A stretch of DNA of 64,000 nucleotides from contig JAANOX010000245.1 in the NCBI GenBank assembly GCA_020184695.1, positions 310,001 through 374,000 on the forward strand. Direction: 5' to 3'. The stretch comes from Histomonas meleagridis 2922-C6/04-290x (taxonomy: Eukaryota > Protista > Parabasalia). Each line of letters begins with the position of its first letter. Position 1 is the first letter of the stretch. Shown here one piece after another: positions 20,617 to 31,287 of this stretch. The notes under the pieces were generated by a model. That model did no database searches. It was not told the DNA's origin and worked only from the letters and a program-made list of their open reading frames with translations. The translations under genes were made by a program, and so were the position numbers.

Positions 20617-22948
20617 ATGAAAAGCAAGTATTTCGATTTGCTGATGGAAAAGCAAAAGCTATTTTTAAATAATATCAAATTACTCCAATCGATTCATCAA
20701 ATTATTTTTTGTTTGAACAAGGAAAATATTTCTCGATCAGTACATTTAATTATTGAACTATTTGATAATATTTACTCATACACTTTTAATCTAATAATTA
20801 GCCAAATGATATATTGTGCAGTATTTTGTGAAAAATTTAATGATGTTGATATATATATTGAATTTATAAAAGAAATCGAATTATTTGAAGAAAAAAGCAA
20901 AATTAGATTTAAAATATTTGAATTTTTTCCCAATTTTCTTATTCACATTAATACATGTGAATCAAATTTCCTTCTTCACAATATGATTGAACATAATATC
21001 CTTTCACCAAAAGATGTTAAAAATTGTTTATATTTTGTGCATTATGGTTTAGGTGATTATAAACAAAACGAAGAAAACCTTTTACAGAATAATTGTGAAC
21101 TTCATAAGAAATATATTAAAGCTGGTGTTAATCCAAATGAAATTGTGAAAATAATACGAAATGATGATATTATAGAACTTCAAGAAATATCATCACAAAC
21201 AAATTTTGACTTTAATCAAACAATTGAACCATCACTTTATGAAAGATGTGAATTTATTAATCAAAAACATGTTACATTAATTGATTATGCAGCATTTTTT
21301 TCTGCAGTTAAATGTTTTAAATATTTGCTTATGAATGGTGCAAATGTAAATAAAACAGGTAAATATGCAATTGCAGGCGGAAATATTGAAATCATTCATT
21401 TATGTGAACAAAACCATATGGCATTTTATGGATTATATGAAGCAGCAATTAAATACCATAAAAATGATATTTTTAAATATATTTATGAAAATAAAATCGA
21501 AGAACTTTATGATTTAGAAAAATTAGGGATTTTATGTGTTTTACATCATAATTATGAAATTTTTTCATTTTTACTTGGAATTGGAATGGATATTAATGAA
21601 AATATTATTGTTAAATCAGCAAAAATCGGAAATTTATTTCTCATTAAACATTTTCTAAAAGAAAATTTAATACCGAAAAATATTTTGTTTTCATCAATAA
21701 AATCAGGAAACATTGAACTTGTTCAGTATATTTTAGAACAAGAAGGAATTGATATCAATAGTAAAAATATTAATTTGTTTTATTTCGAATTGATTTTTAT
21801 AATTTAATATTTCAAAATAATAATTGGAATTTATCCAAATTATTAGCAACAGCTCTTACTCTTGCAACTAAAAAAGGTTTCGCTGAAATAGCTCAATTAC
21901 TTCTTGAGCAAAAAGAAATTAATATCAATGCCAAAGATATTAATTTGTTTTATATAAAATTTGTAATAATAATTTTCTGTTTCAAAATAATATTTGGAAA
22001 TTATTCATAATATTTAATACACCACTTATTATTGCATCTTCTTTTGGTTATATAAATATAATTAAATTACTTCTCGAAAAAGAAGAAATTGATATTAATA
22101 CTAAAAATATTTAATTATATCATTTAATATTTATTTTAATAATTTTTTCTATTTCGAAGTAATATTTGGAAATCAATTAAAATATTTGATACAGTACTTA
22201 TATGTGCATCTAAAACTAATCATTCTGCAATAGTTAAATTACTTCTTGATCAAAAAGGAATTAATATCAATGACTACAATGTTTATTTGATTTGTGTGAA
22301 ATTTATTTTGATGTCTTTCTGATTGAAATTAAAATTTGGAAATTGTTTAAAACATTTAACACACCACTTATTATTGCATCATCTTTTTGGTTATATAGAA
22401 ATAGTTAAATTACTTCATGAACATGAGGGAATTGATGTCAATGCCAAAAATATTTATTTGTTTTGTTTAAAATTTATTTTGATATATCGGAATTTCAAAA
22501 TAATATAAGGAAATTATTAAAATCATTTTTATACAGCACTTATTTGTGCATCTAAAAAAATGGTTATACAGATATAGTTAAATTACTTCTTGACCAAAAA
22601 GGAATTAATATCAATTCCAAAAATATTGTTATATTTTTCTATGAAATTTGTAATATTAATTTTATATATCCAAATAATATATGGAAATTCTTCAAATTAT
22701 TTGAAACTGCGCTTATTTGGTCATCTGAAAATGGGAATATAGAAATAGTTGAATTACTTCTTAAACAAGAAGGAATTGATATCAATTCTACAGATGCTCC
22801 TTATAACAATTTTTGTATTTATTTTGATGAATTGAAATTACAAAATAATATTTGGAAATTATTAATATTATTTAATACGGCTTTTATAAAAGCAATAGAA
22901 AATGGGTATACTGAAGTTGTTACGTTACTTCAAAAAGTTAATTCATAA
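20617..22948 (+). CDS. DUF3447-ankyrin gene B, with ankyrin repeats interrupted by seven non-canonical spacers
   Basis: ORF 20617-21768 (AAFFSAVKCFKYL, AIAGGNIEII, AIKYHKNDI). Ankyrin segments start at 21849, 22019, 22191, 22361, 22533, 22706 and 22877. Deviations from 170 nt are homopolymer differences relative to the left-arm copy. Confidence 0.8.
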
Positions 22949-23265
22949 TTTACTTTTGAATTATTTAATGTATCAAATATTTGGTTGTAAAATTTAAGAA
23001 TTATTTAATATAATGATCCTTAGAACTTATATTTGGACATATTATCATAATTATGATGATAAAATAATATTAAATTAATTTTTATGATTCGGATACTTTT
23101 TAGAAATAAATCATATCCAATTATTAAAAATATTAATATTTTTTTTCATGATACATATAAATTTAGAATTATTTAAAGCATTTTTAATAAAAATTTTTTT
23201 ACATTTAAATCGGCCAAATACAATGCCACTTTTGATCGTCACGAGACAGTATTTTTAAATTTCAT

Positions 23266-24185
23266 ATGAATTCAAGCACGAAATATCCTATATTAGTAAC
23301 AGCAGGATATGATTTAAGTGTTAATTTTACCAAAATTTTTGAAGATAAAGAAGATATTCCAAAGTTCAGCAAAATTAGCACTGGTAATTCACAAGTTAAT
23401 CGAATTGTTATCACAGAAAACAACGAAATTGCGTTAGCATTAAATCCATATGTTATCATCCATGATGTTTTAAAAAATTCTAAACCGTCACAATATGCAG
23501 GACATATTTCAAACGTTAATGATCTTGTTTTTTCAGGGGATAATTTTTTTATACATGTAGTGAAGATCGTACGATTAATTTTTGGGATCGACGACAAGGA
23601 TCAATTCGACCACAACAAACCATTACTACGTCATCACCACTTAATAATATTTGTCTTCATCCGAATAAGAAATTATTAATTACATGTAATGAGAATGGAT
23701 ATCTTGAATCATGGGATATTAGTGAGCATAAACTTTTATATTCGATTCGTCTTTGTACTAAACCTATTCGGAGTATTTCACAAAGTCGAAATGGGGAAGA
23801 AATTTATTGCGGATGTCATGACGGTAAAGTTATTGTTGTTCATCATTATAACGATGAATTTCATAAAGCGAATGAGTTTGAAGCGCATAACGATGTCATT
23901 CTTCGATGTTTACTTTCGCCTAATGAAGAAAACATTATTACGACGTCAGCAGATTCGACAGCCAAAATTTGGGACAAAAACACATTAATACAAAAGAAAG
24001 TATTAAAACATAACACAAACAAATGGATTTGGGATGCAGCTTTTACTAATGACTCAAATTATGTAGTGACAGGTGGAACAGATAAAACTTATCGAACTTG
24101 GAATGTGAATGAAGGAAATGTTGTTTACTTAAATGATAAATCGCATGCAAAAGGAATTACAGCGTTAGCATTAATGTACATATGA
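23266..24185 (+). pseudogene. LST8: LST8 duplicate, frameshifted by +2 T in a T-run (pseudogene or sequencing error)
   Basis: Matches 13735-14652 except for the lengthened T-run near 23545; 920 versus 918 nt. Confidence 0.8.
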
Positions 24186-24227
24186 AAAGTAATAAAAAAA
24201 AAGAATAAAATTAATATTTGTAAAATT

Positions 24228-24549
24228 TTAATCATCTTTTTTATTGTTTTGATAAGTTGAAGAAAAAGATATATCAGAAGGCTTAAGAAGTGAAGACGAA
24301 GGAATATCGTTTGGGAAAGATCGTTCATAAAAAAAGATATACGTTTGCTATTATCTGGTGTTTTTGCCTTTAATTTGATGAGAAAGAGTTTTTCTGTCGG
24401 TAAATTTTTTGGAAGATAATTACTTTATTAACTTGATGAAGATTTAAACTTTGTTCTTGTTTTGAACATGATTTTTGATGATAATGAAGAATATAATCTT
24501 GAACAGATTTACAACCAAGTGGAAGCATTTTTTTAATTCTTGAATTCAT
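24228..24549 (-). pseudogene. Frameshifted copy of the 105-aa hypothetical ORF
   Basis: Reverse complement of 13375-13692 with homopolymer insertions. Confidence 0.4.
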
Positions 24550-24628
24550 AAAAGAAAGAAAAAAAAATTTAATTTTTTTCTATAGTTTATTTTTAAACGG
24601 CCACTCCACAAATAAATCAATAAAATTA

Positions 24629-25440
24629 ATGAATAATAATAACAACAACAAAGAAGAAGAAGAAGAAGAAGATAATTATGAAATGACACCACAAATCATT
24701 CAAGAATTATGTCGTCAAAATAAATTATATAGTATTCCAGAAATTAACGAAGTTTTATATCTTCATTTTGAAGGATTTACGAAAATTCAACATCTTGATC
24801 CATATATTAATGTTAAAGTTCTTTGGTTAAATGATAATCAACTTTCTAAAATTGAAGGTCTTTCAAGTTTAAAACAATTAGAAAGTTTATATTTACAAAA
24901 TAATTTTATCAGTAAAATTGAAGGTCTTGAAGAACTTCAAAAACTTCATTTATTAAATTTATCACATAATTATATTCAAAATATTGAAGGTCTTGAACAT
25001 TGTCAACAACTTCAAACACTTGATGTTGATCATAATCGACTTGATACAATCAACTCAATTCAAGGAATTTTACAGTGTCAATCACTTGAAATCCTTAATA
25101 TTAGCGATAATAAACTTTATGAAATCGGAATTATTGAAATATTGAGTCATATGAGTCAACTTCGAGTTCTTCGACTTGAAAACAATCCGATTGTTGATCA
25201 ATGTCAACATTATCGACGTTCTGTTATACATCTATGTAAAAATCCCTCACGTATCTTGATGATTCAACCGTTGATACTAATGAGCGTCTTCTTGTTGAAA
25301 GTTATTACGAAGGCGGACATCAACGCGAACAATTTATTCGTAAACGAATTAAAGAAGAAAAAAACGTCGAAAAGAAGAAATATCATTTCGAGAAGTTCGA
25401 CGAATGCAACGCGAAAGATTACTTTCTAAAGGCGGCATAA
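24629..25440 (+). CDS. DNAAF1: DNAAF1/LRRC50/ODA7-like dynein assembly factor, with intact 5' end, 3' deletion and frameshift
   Basis: MTPQIIQELCRQNKLYSIPEINEVLYLHFEGFTKIQHL...LWLNDN plus SDS22-type LRRs and the LRR cap (HYRRSVI). 128 bp of the C-terminus present in the left arm is missing. Confidence 0.8.
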
Positions 25441-26311
25441 AATCATTTGTAATGTTTTTTTAAAATAAGAACATATAAAAACTGTTTAATAATATAAATG
25501 TATATATTCTTAAATTATACTTAATTACATATAAATTATAAAATATTATTACAGAAAAAATAATTCAAGCACAACTTAAGATATGGAATAAAAATAGATG
25601 ACATTTGTTATTTATTTGAAAATTTCTTTCATTTTTTTGTCAGATATATTCATCACATATTCATATATTGTAATTACTTGCTTTCATGTATGGGTCTATT
25701 CCATTATTTAACATCCAATCAATCACTTTATATTATTTCTTAATATTAAAAACAAAAGCAAGAAGGAGTGGCTTTGTTTGCTTGCCATCTACTTTCGTTG
25801 TTAAATTCATATCGAATCTTTTATCTAATAACATTTCCATAATTTGTATAACTTCAATTTCATTAGTTGCATAAACCGAATTTGTTGGTCTGAATCCCCA
25901 AATAAATCAAAACTGTTACCATTGATATTTTTTGCAAACAATTTTATCAATTTTTGGGTTTCCTGATACGCACGCATAATATATCTATTTTATACTTTAT
26001 CAACAATCTTCAAAATGAAAAAACTTTTTAATTTTCCATTACTTAATTCTTCAGGTTAAGTCTAAATACAGCAGTATATAAATCGGATGCGAATTTTACA
26101 TATTTATTATTATTAATTAACTTCTTGAAATACCATTAGTATGTTTCCATCACCAATACATATAACAGGAGCAGTAGACCCAATAACTTTCAAGGCATAT
26201 TAATATTTAATTCTCTTTCAAAATTTCCTTAAAAAAGATTCAGATTTTTTTAGATTGTATATTTTCTATCAAACAAAACATTTATTTACAATTTTATATT
26301 TATTCTATTAT

Positions 26312-29300
26312 TTATAGTATTTCCATTAAATTTTGGAACATTTCGTTATATTCAATCAGAGGGAAACTTTCCTTTTCCGCTCTAATCAGTCTGTCTGCAA
26401 TGATCGCAGTGTACCTCACCATAGGCCCCAATGCTTTCGCGGTGACAATTGAGTCGTGCGGAAGCGGATACAGTTCGAGCGAATGGTTTTTCTTGTGCAC
26501 TTTAACGCGGAACAAATGGTCGTTATATGGAGTAATGACAATATGCGCGTCATTAAAATGTGATGATATGGTATACTTGTCATAGCCAATGGGGTTTTCA
26601 CACCAAACAATATGAACGTTGTCATTGCCAATATGTCGTTTTTTAATTAATTGTTGTGGATCATTTGGATCTGTGGGTAATAATGTAGAGACATGAAACA
26701 TTAGTTCTAGACGTGGAGTCGAATAATATATTGAATGTGTTCCACACGATTTATATGATAAACCACCACTATAAAAAGTATGGGTTTTAAGATCACAGAC
26801 ACGTCCTAGTGATAAAAGGAAGTCATTAAAAAGAGGTGACACGTCATTTTGTGTGTTAGCTAAAATTGATTTTTCGTCAAATTGATTATTTTTGACATAA
26901 ACAACTCCAATCTTAAGACACTCATGAGGATTTTGCGTAAAAAGTGGTTTTATTTGGCGAGTAATATTAGATGTTATATGAGGAATTTCAAAATCAGCAG
27001 ATATATCAATAAAATTAGAAATAAAGCTAAAACATGGAGGACAATTTATAGTTGCTAATTGTAAATCTTTTGATAAAACAGAAGTAATTTCTTCAAGTGC
27101 AGTGTAATTTGTAATTTCTTCTTTTTCGACACTTTTCTCGTAAACATTTAATTCCAAAATTTCCGGCAAACTTTTTGTTTGATTTACATCATCTATTTCT
27201 ATATTAAAATTTAATGTTTTGTTGTTATTACCAAAAAACATATTTAAACAAAATTCAAATTCATCACTTTGATCATCAAAATCGTCATTGACAATTTCAT
27301 CATTAACATCTGGGAATAAAGGATTTTCGTTAATATTTTTCTTTTGTTCTATTTGCGAAATATTTGACTTGAATAAGTAATTTGGCCCACGAATGTTCAC
27401 AATGAAATCATTTTCATCAATAAAATCGAACGTATAAAACAATAAATTCCGAATACATAATGCTAAATCTACTTTTCTTTGATCGAAAATGAAATTTTTC
27501 TCATTATAAAATGAGAATGGAAGGTTATTAATCATTTCGATGCACATTGTTTTATATGCATTTGGTAAATCGTCCAAAATTCTTAAAATGAACTTGAAAA
27601 ATCCCTTCAAATGTTTTTGGCTGTATCTAACAGTATCGAATATTGAGTAAAACACTAATTGTAATGAATATAAATCGATATTTTGTAACATCATAATCGT
27701 TGATCCTAAAAACATATCCAAAAACTTTGGGAACTTTTCGTCTAATTTTAAGTACATTTCAGCAAAAGATGGAAATATTCGAACTAAACTATGCAAAGTT
27801 TCATTATCATTTCTAATCAAAACATCTTTTAACGTTAGTTTACACCATTGTGAACATAATGTAATTTCATCCGAACAAATTTCTTCAAATAATATTGGAA
27901 TGAAATAATTAAATGGTATATTCGAGTTAAATGATTTCGGATATAAGTTTTCTAAAATAGGAAATATAATTTCGCTTTGTTTCCCATTAAATATTAACAT
28001 TGTAAGATCAACTAATTCTTTATCTTTCCATTTTGTTGTTAACTCTTTTAATTCCTTTGTTAAATTAAACTCATTATATGTGCGACAGATAGCAAATGCT
28101 GATAATATAAATGATTGAAGTTGTTTATATTTGATGTTATTTAATATTTCATTGTTTCGTGTTAATGTAGTTGCAATAAATGGTATCATGAACATTGAGT
28201 TTGGTGAGAATTGTATAAACGCGGATATTATTGATGGAAAGAGACTTATTATAATATCGTTTGATGAATTACATAAAACTTTTAATAATATTTCTAAGTA
28301 TAATATATTAATTTCATTAGGATTCGATTGTAACCCAATTTTTTTCATCGAGAAATTAATTTCATTTAATAAATTGATATCGGAAAATTCTGTTTTATCA
28401 TTAAGCATTATGTGAAATAAATCTTCAAAAAAATTATTTCGTAAAAAATCTTCGTTTCTTAAATATGAATTTGGCATTAATTTAATTATCGAATTAATAT
28501 TATGTATAATAATATAATAAACATGTAATTCATTTGGTGCAATTGTAATTATCAATTTAAAAAACATTATAACTTCTTTGAAAGTAAATCGTTCTATATT
28601 TAAATTAAAGATTGGTATATAATGTGTTTTAGATAATTCATTAAATGTCATTTGAAAGTTTTCATTATTTATTATATAACTTTCAAATGCTTGTGGATTA
28701 TTAAATAATTCTTCTAATTGTTCAACAGAGATATTATTATCATTGTTGTTGATATTAATTCTTTTGTTCTTTTCAATCGATTTTCGATAATTTTCGAGAA
28801 ATTCATTTTTCGTTATATTTAATAAAATCGGTGAAAAGTTTATAGTTATTAAAGAGATAAACTTTAAATAGACAATGTTCATCTCTTTATTATTATACAT
28901 TTTATCAATTACATATTGCCATGTCTTTAAGTTTTTTATTTTCATCTCTAAAACACATGTTAAAGAGAATATTATTCCAATTAATGGAAATAAATTGAAC
29001 AAATCTTGTGTTGATAAATATATTAATTGTCTAGATATTATAGAATTAGAAAATAATTTATATAATACATTTTTAAGAAATAGTAATTCATTGTCATTTC
29101 GTTCATTAATGGTTAAACAATGAATGGTATATTTGGATAATAAGTAAATGATTAAATAGTTATTGTTTTGCTGATTATTTTCATTAAAAGTTGTAACAAT
29201 TTGTAACAAAACATTTTCTGAAGATAACGATGTTTTAAATAAATTAATGAACCAACAAATAATTTCAAAGTGTTTCGGATTGCTAAAATTTAGAGAAAGA

Positions 29301-30022
29301 AGAATTTGACAGATGGCAATAAATTCAATCAGCTGATCTTTATGAATATGATAATTATGCATGAAAAGTGGTGTCTGAACAAATAAAATGATGTCATTAA
29401 CAACTTTTTCAGGTTTATCTAAGATAATTGGAATTTTAGAATAAATATATTGTTTGTCTTGTTTGATAATATTGAAACTGTAAAAGAATGTGTATATCCG
29501 AAGAACAAAAGCAATCAAAATTTCTTGGTTATTGGTATTGTTCTTGGTCATATATTGAATCAGAAATTTGACTTTTTCTTTATATTCACCTGAAAGATCG
29601 GAAGTAGAATGCATTAGAAACGCTGTCTTTAACACATCATTCCATTTTTGAATTTCAATAATAGGCATTTGAGAAAAGATTTGAACAAACAATTTCCAAA
29701 ACTTGAACACAAGTTTCTCATCAAACATTATCTGGATAGTAATATTAAAAACTTGAACAATTTCTTCTTGAAAACAGTTTTTTAAGGATTCACTGAATGT
29801 ATTAAATTCAGGTGTCTTTAATAACTTAAGTATTGTATTTAATGACCTAATTACAAATGTGTCTTCGCTTCTTGTTAATTCAGTGATTTTAGCTTCCTTT
29901 AATATGTTTTTATATAATTCCATGAATGGAAAAAAATGATCAATTGCCCTTACCGCGTTATTTTCGGATATCCATTGTTCAATATTGTTTGCATAAGAAA
30001 TAATGGTATTTGATAAAGCCAT
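26312..30022 (-). CDS. Rap/Ran-GAP domain protein (tuberin/RalGAP-alpha-like)
   Basis: C-terminal KIGVVYV...FNDFLLSLG...YSGGL...ELMFHVSTLLP...KKRHIGNDNVHIVW with the Asn-thumb intact, preceded by a long helical N-terminus. Confidence 0.85.
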   Translation of the reverse strand: MALSNTIISYANNIEQWISENNAVRAIDHFFPFMELYKNILKEAKITELTRSEDTFVIRSLNTILKLLKTPEFNTFSESLKNCFQEEIVQVFNITIQIMFDEKLVFKFWKLFVQIFSQMPIIEIQKWNDVLKTAFLMHSTSDLSGEYKEKVKFLIQYMTKNNTNNQEILIAFVLRIYTFFYSFNIIKQDKQYIYSKIPIILDKPEKVVNDIILFVQTPLFMHNYHIHKDQLIEFIAICQILLSLNFSNPKHFEIICWFINLFKTSLSSENVLLQIVTTFNENNQQNNNYLIIYLLSKYTIHCLTINERNDNELLFLKNVLYKLFSNSIISRQLIYLSTQDLFNLFPLIGIIFSLTCVLEMKIKNLKTWQYVIDKMYNNKEMNIVYLKFISLITINFSPILLNITKNEFLENYRKSIEKNKRININNNDNNISVEQLEELFNNPQAFESYIINNENFQMTFNELSKTHYIPIFNLNIERFTFKEVIMFFKLIITIAPNELHVYYIIIHNINSIIKLMPNSYLRNEDFLRNNFFEDLFHIMLNDKTEFSDINLLNEINFSMKKIGLQSNPNEINILYLEILLKVLCNSSNDIIISLFPSIISAFIQFSPNSMFMIPFIATTLTRNNEILNNIKYKQLQSFILSAFAICRTYNEFNLTKELKELTTKWKDKELVDLTMLIFNGKQSEIIFPILENLYPKSFNSNIPFNYFIPILFEEICSDEITLCSQWCKLTLKDVLIRNDNETLHSLVRIFPSFAEMYLKLDEKFPKFLDMFLGSTIMMLQNIDLYSLQLVFYSIFDTVRYSQKHLKGFFKFILRILDDLPNAYKTMCIEMINNLPFSFYNEKNFIFDQRKVDLALCIRNLLFYTFDFIDENDFIVNIRGPNYLFKSNISQIEQKKNINENPLFPDVNDEIVNDDFDDQSDEFEFCLNMFFGNNNKTLNFNIEIDDVNQTKSLPEILELNVYEKSVEKEEITNYTALEEITSVLSKDLQLATINCPPCFSFISNFIDISADFEIPHITSNITRQIKPLFTQNPHECLKIGVVYVKNNQFDEKSILANTQNDVSPLFNDFLLSLGRVCDLKTHTFYSGGLSYKSCGTHSIYYSTPRLELMFHVSTLLPTDPNDPQQLIKKRHIGNDNVHIVWCENPIGYDKYTISSHFNDAHIVITPYNDHLFRVKVHKKNHSLELYPLPHDSIVTAKALGPMVRYTAIIADRLIRAEKESFPLIEYNEMFQNLMEIL

Positions 30023-30447
30023 GATTGAACTATAGGGAATTTAAATCAGCGTTTATAAATCCGCTATTTTCAAAACATTGAATGCAATTTGAAATGAAAA
30101 CGACCATTAAAATATTCAAAAAGTTAATTTATGAACGTTTGACCTTTCTTCAAGTGAAAATTGACAAATGACCATCAACATGTTCATCTATCGAAATCAG
30201 CTTTAAAAATTAAGATAAAGAATTTTTTAACAATACAGTTCTAGTGCGACACTTAATAAAATTAGAATTTCCAATAATTTTGCAGCTATAAAAATTTTTA
30301 AAAATTTAATTAATAATCTAATGAAGAATTCATGAAAAAACTTTTAAATATTTTTAAAAATTATAGAAAGTAAAAAGCTACACATTAGCTATCAAAATTA
30401 AAGTCTTTTTAGTTGGAACAGGCAGAAACAAAAAAAAATAAAAAAAA

Positions 30448-30544
30448 CATTGGTGCAAGGAATCGAACCTCGATCTCGCAATTAAAACTTTCAAACTTTG
30501 AATGTTTTTAGACATGCGTATTCTTCCCATTAAACTACACCAAT
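30448..30544 (-). tRNA. tRNA-like gene: 72-nt cloverleaf plus 25-nt insert at 37/38; apparent anticodon CTA (or tRNA-Asp-derived pseudogene)
   Basis: Acceptor ATTGGTG/CACCAAT, A-box TAGTTTAATGG, D stem GTTT/GAAT, T arm CGAGG-TTCGATT-CCTTG, G73, followed by a T7 terminator. Confidence 0.55.
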
Positions 30545-30789
30545 TCCTATTAAAAATGCAAAATATATAATTATAGTAATCAGCTGATATTTTGTAAAAT
30601 AGATTCATAAACCGTGGTTTGATTCATCTGTTATTTTTTTTATAATACTAATACTATTTTATCTTTATTTAGCTTTAAAATCTTTGTTTGTGTTCCTTTT
30701 ATTTTAAAGTAAAAATCCAATTTGTTACATTGTTTAACAGAATCAAGATTTTCAACTTTTTAAATATAATTTGACTGTTTGTGTGATGT

Positions 30790-31258
30790 GAAAGGAGAAA
30801 ACTTAAGCATCATCTTCCTGTCAATAAATATGGAATTTCTATATCTAATAAATCTGAACATGAATAAAATGCACAAATTCCAATTGTTGTAACGATATTT
30901 GGAATAATAATACTTCGTAAATCTGAACATTATTAAAATGCATAATTTTTAATTACTTTCAAATTTCCCTTAAATTAGAACTGTTTCTAAACGAGTACAT
31001 GAACTAAATGCACATTGTTTTAATACTATTTCCAATAGTTACAGTAAATAAATATATTTTCTTCAAGTAACAGAATTACCAATCACTATGGAAAGAGTTA
31101 GCCTTCTCAATACCTACCATAATTACAGCATAAAGAGTTCCACCTTTAGATACGATCTTTCCTGAATATTCTTTTTTATTAAGTATTTTTAGTGTTTGAG
31201 TTGTAGAATCAAATGTTTCTATTGATTGCATAAAAAAAAATAATTAAAATTTATACAT
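30790..31258 (-). pseudogene. BspA-like pseudogene fragment
   Basis: MYKF*LFFFMQSIETFDSTTQTLKI (cf. HSIQTFDTDTSTLTI in the intact BspA), then broken TpLRRs CAFSSCTRL, AF**CSDLRSIIIPNIVTTIGICAFYSCSDL at ~69-nt spacing. Confidence 0.7.
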
Positions 31259-31287
31259 CAATTATTAATTTATTAATAAACAGTTTT

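Larger units (their letters stand above)
21896..25885. repeat. Right arm of ~3.9-kb inverted duplication
   Basis: Reverse complement of 12152-16012. Confidence 0.92.

Noticed and set aside
21769-22876. Canonical GT-AG spliceosomal introns in the spacers
   Set aside because: Only 2 of 13 spacer types start with GT, several contain no AG, there is no ACTAAC motif, and the ACAG in ACA-GCx cassette starts is absent from TPL, ACT and ACG cassettes.
21769-22876. Stop readthrough by the CTA tRNA-like gene as the explanation for the spacers
   Set aside because: Spacer stops are mostly TAA and TGA, and 80 nt breaks the frame regardless.
14968-22948. CRISPR array interpretation of the periodic ankyrin units
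   Set aside because: Both parts of the unit diverge, the 90-nt part is protein-coding, spacers are homologous to each other, there are no cas genes, and the context is eukaryotic.
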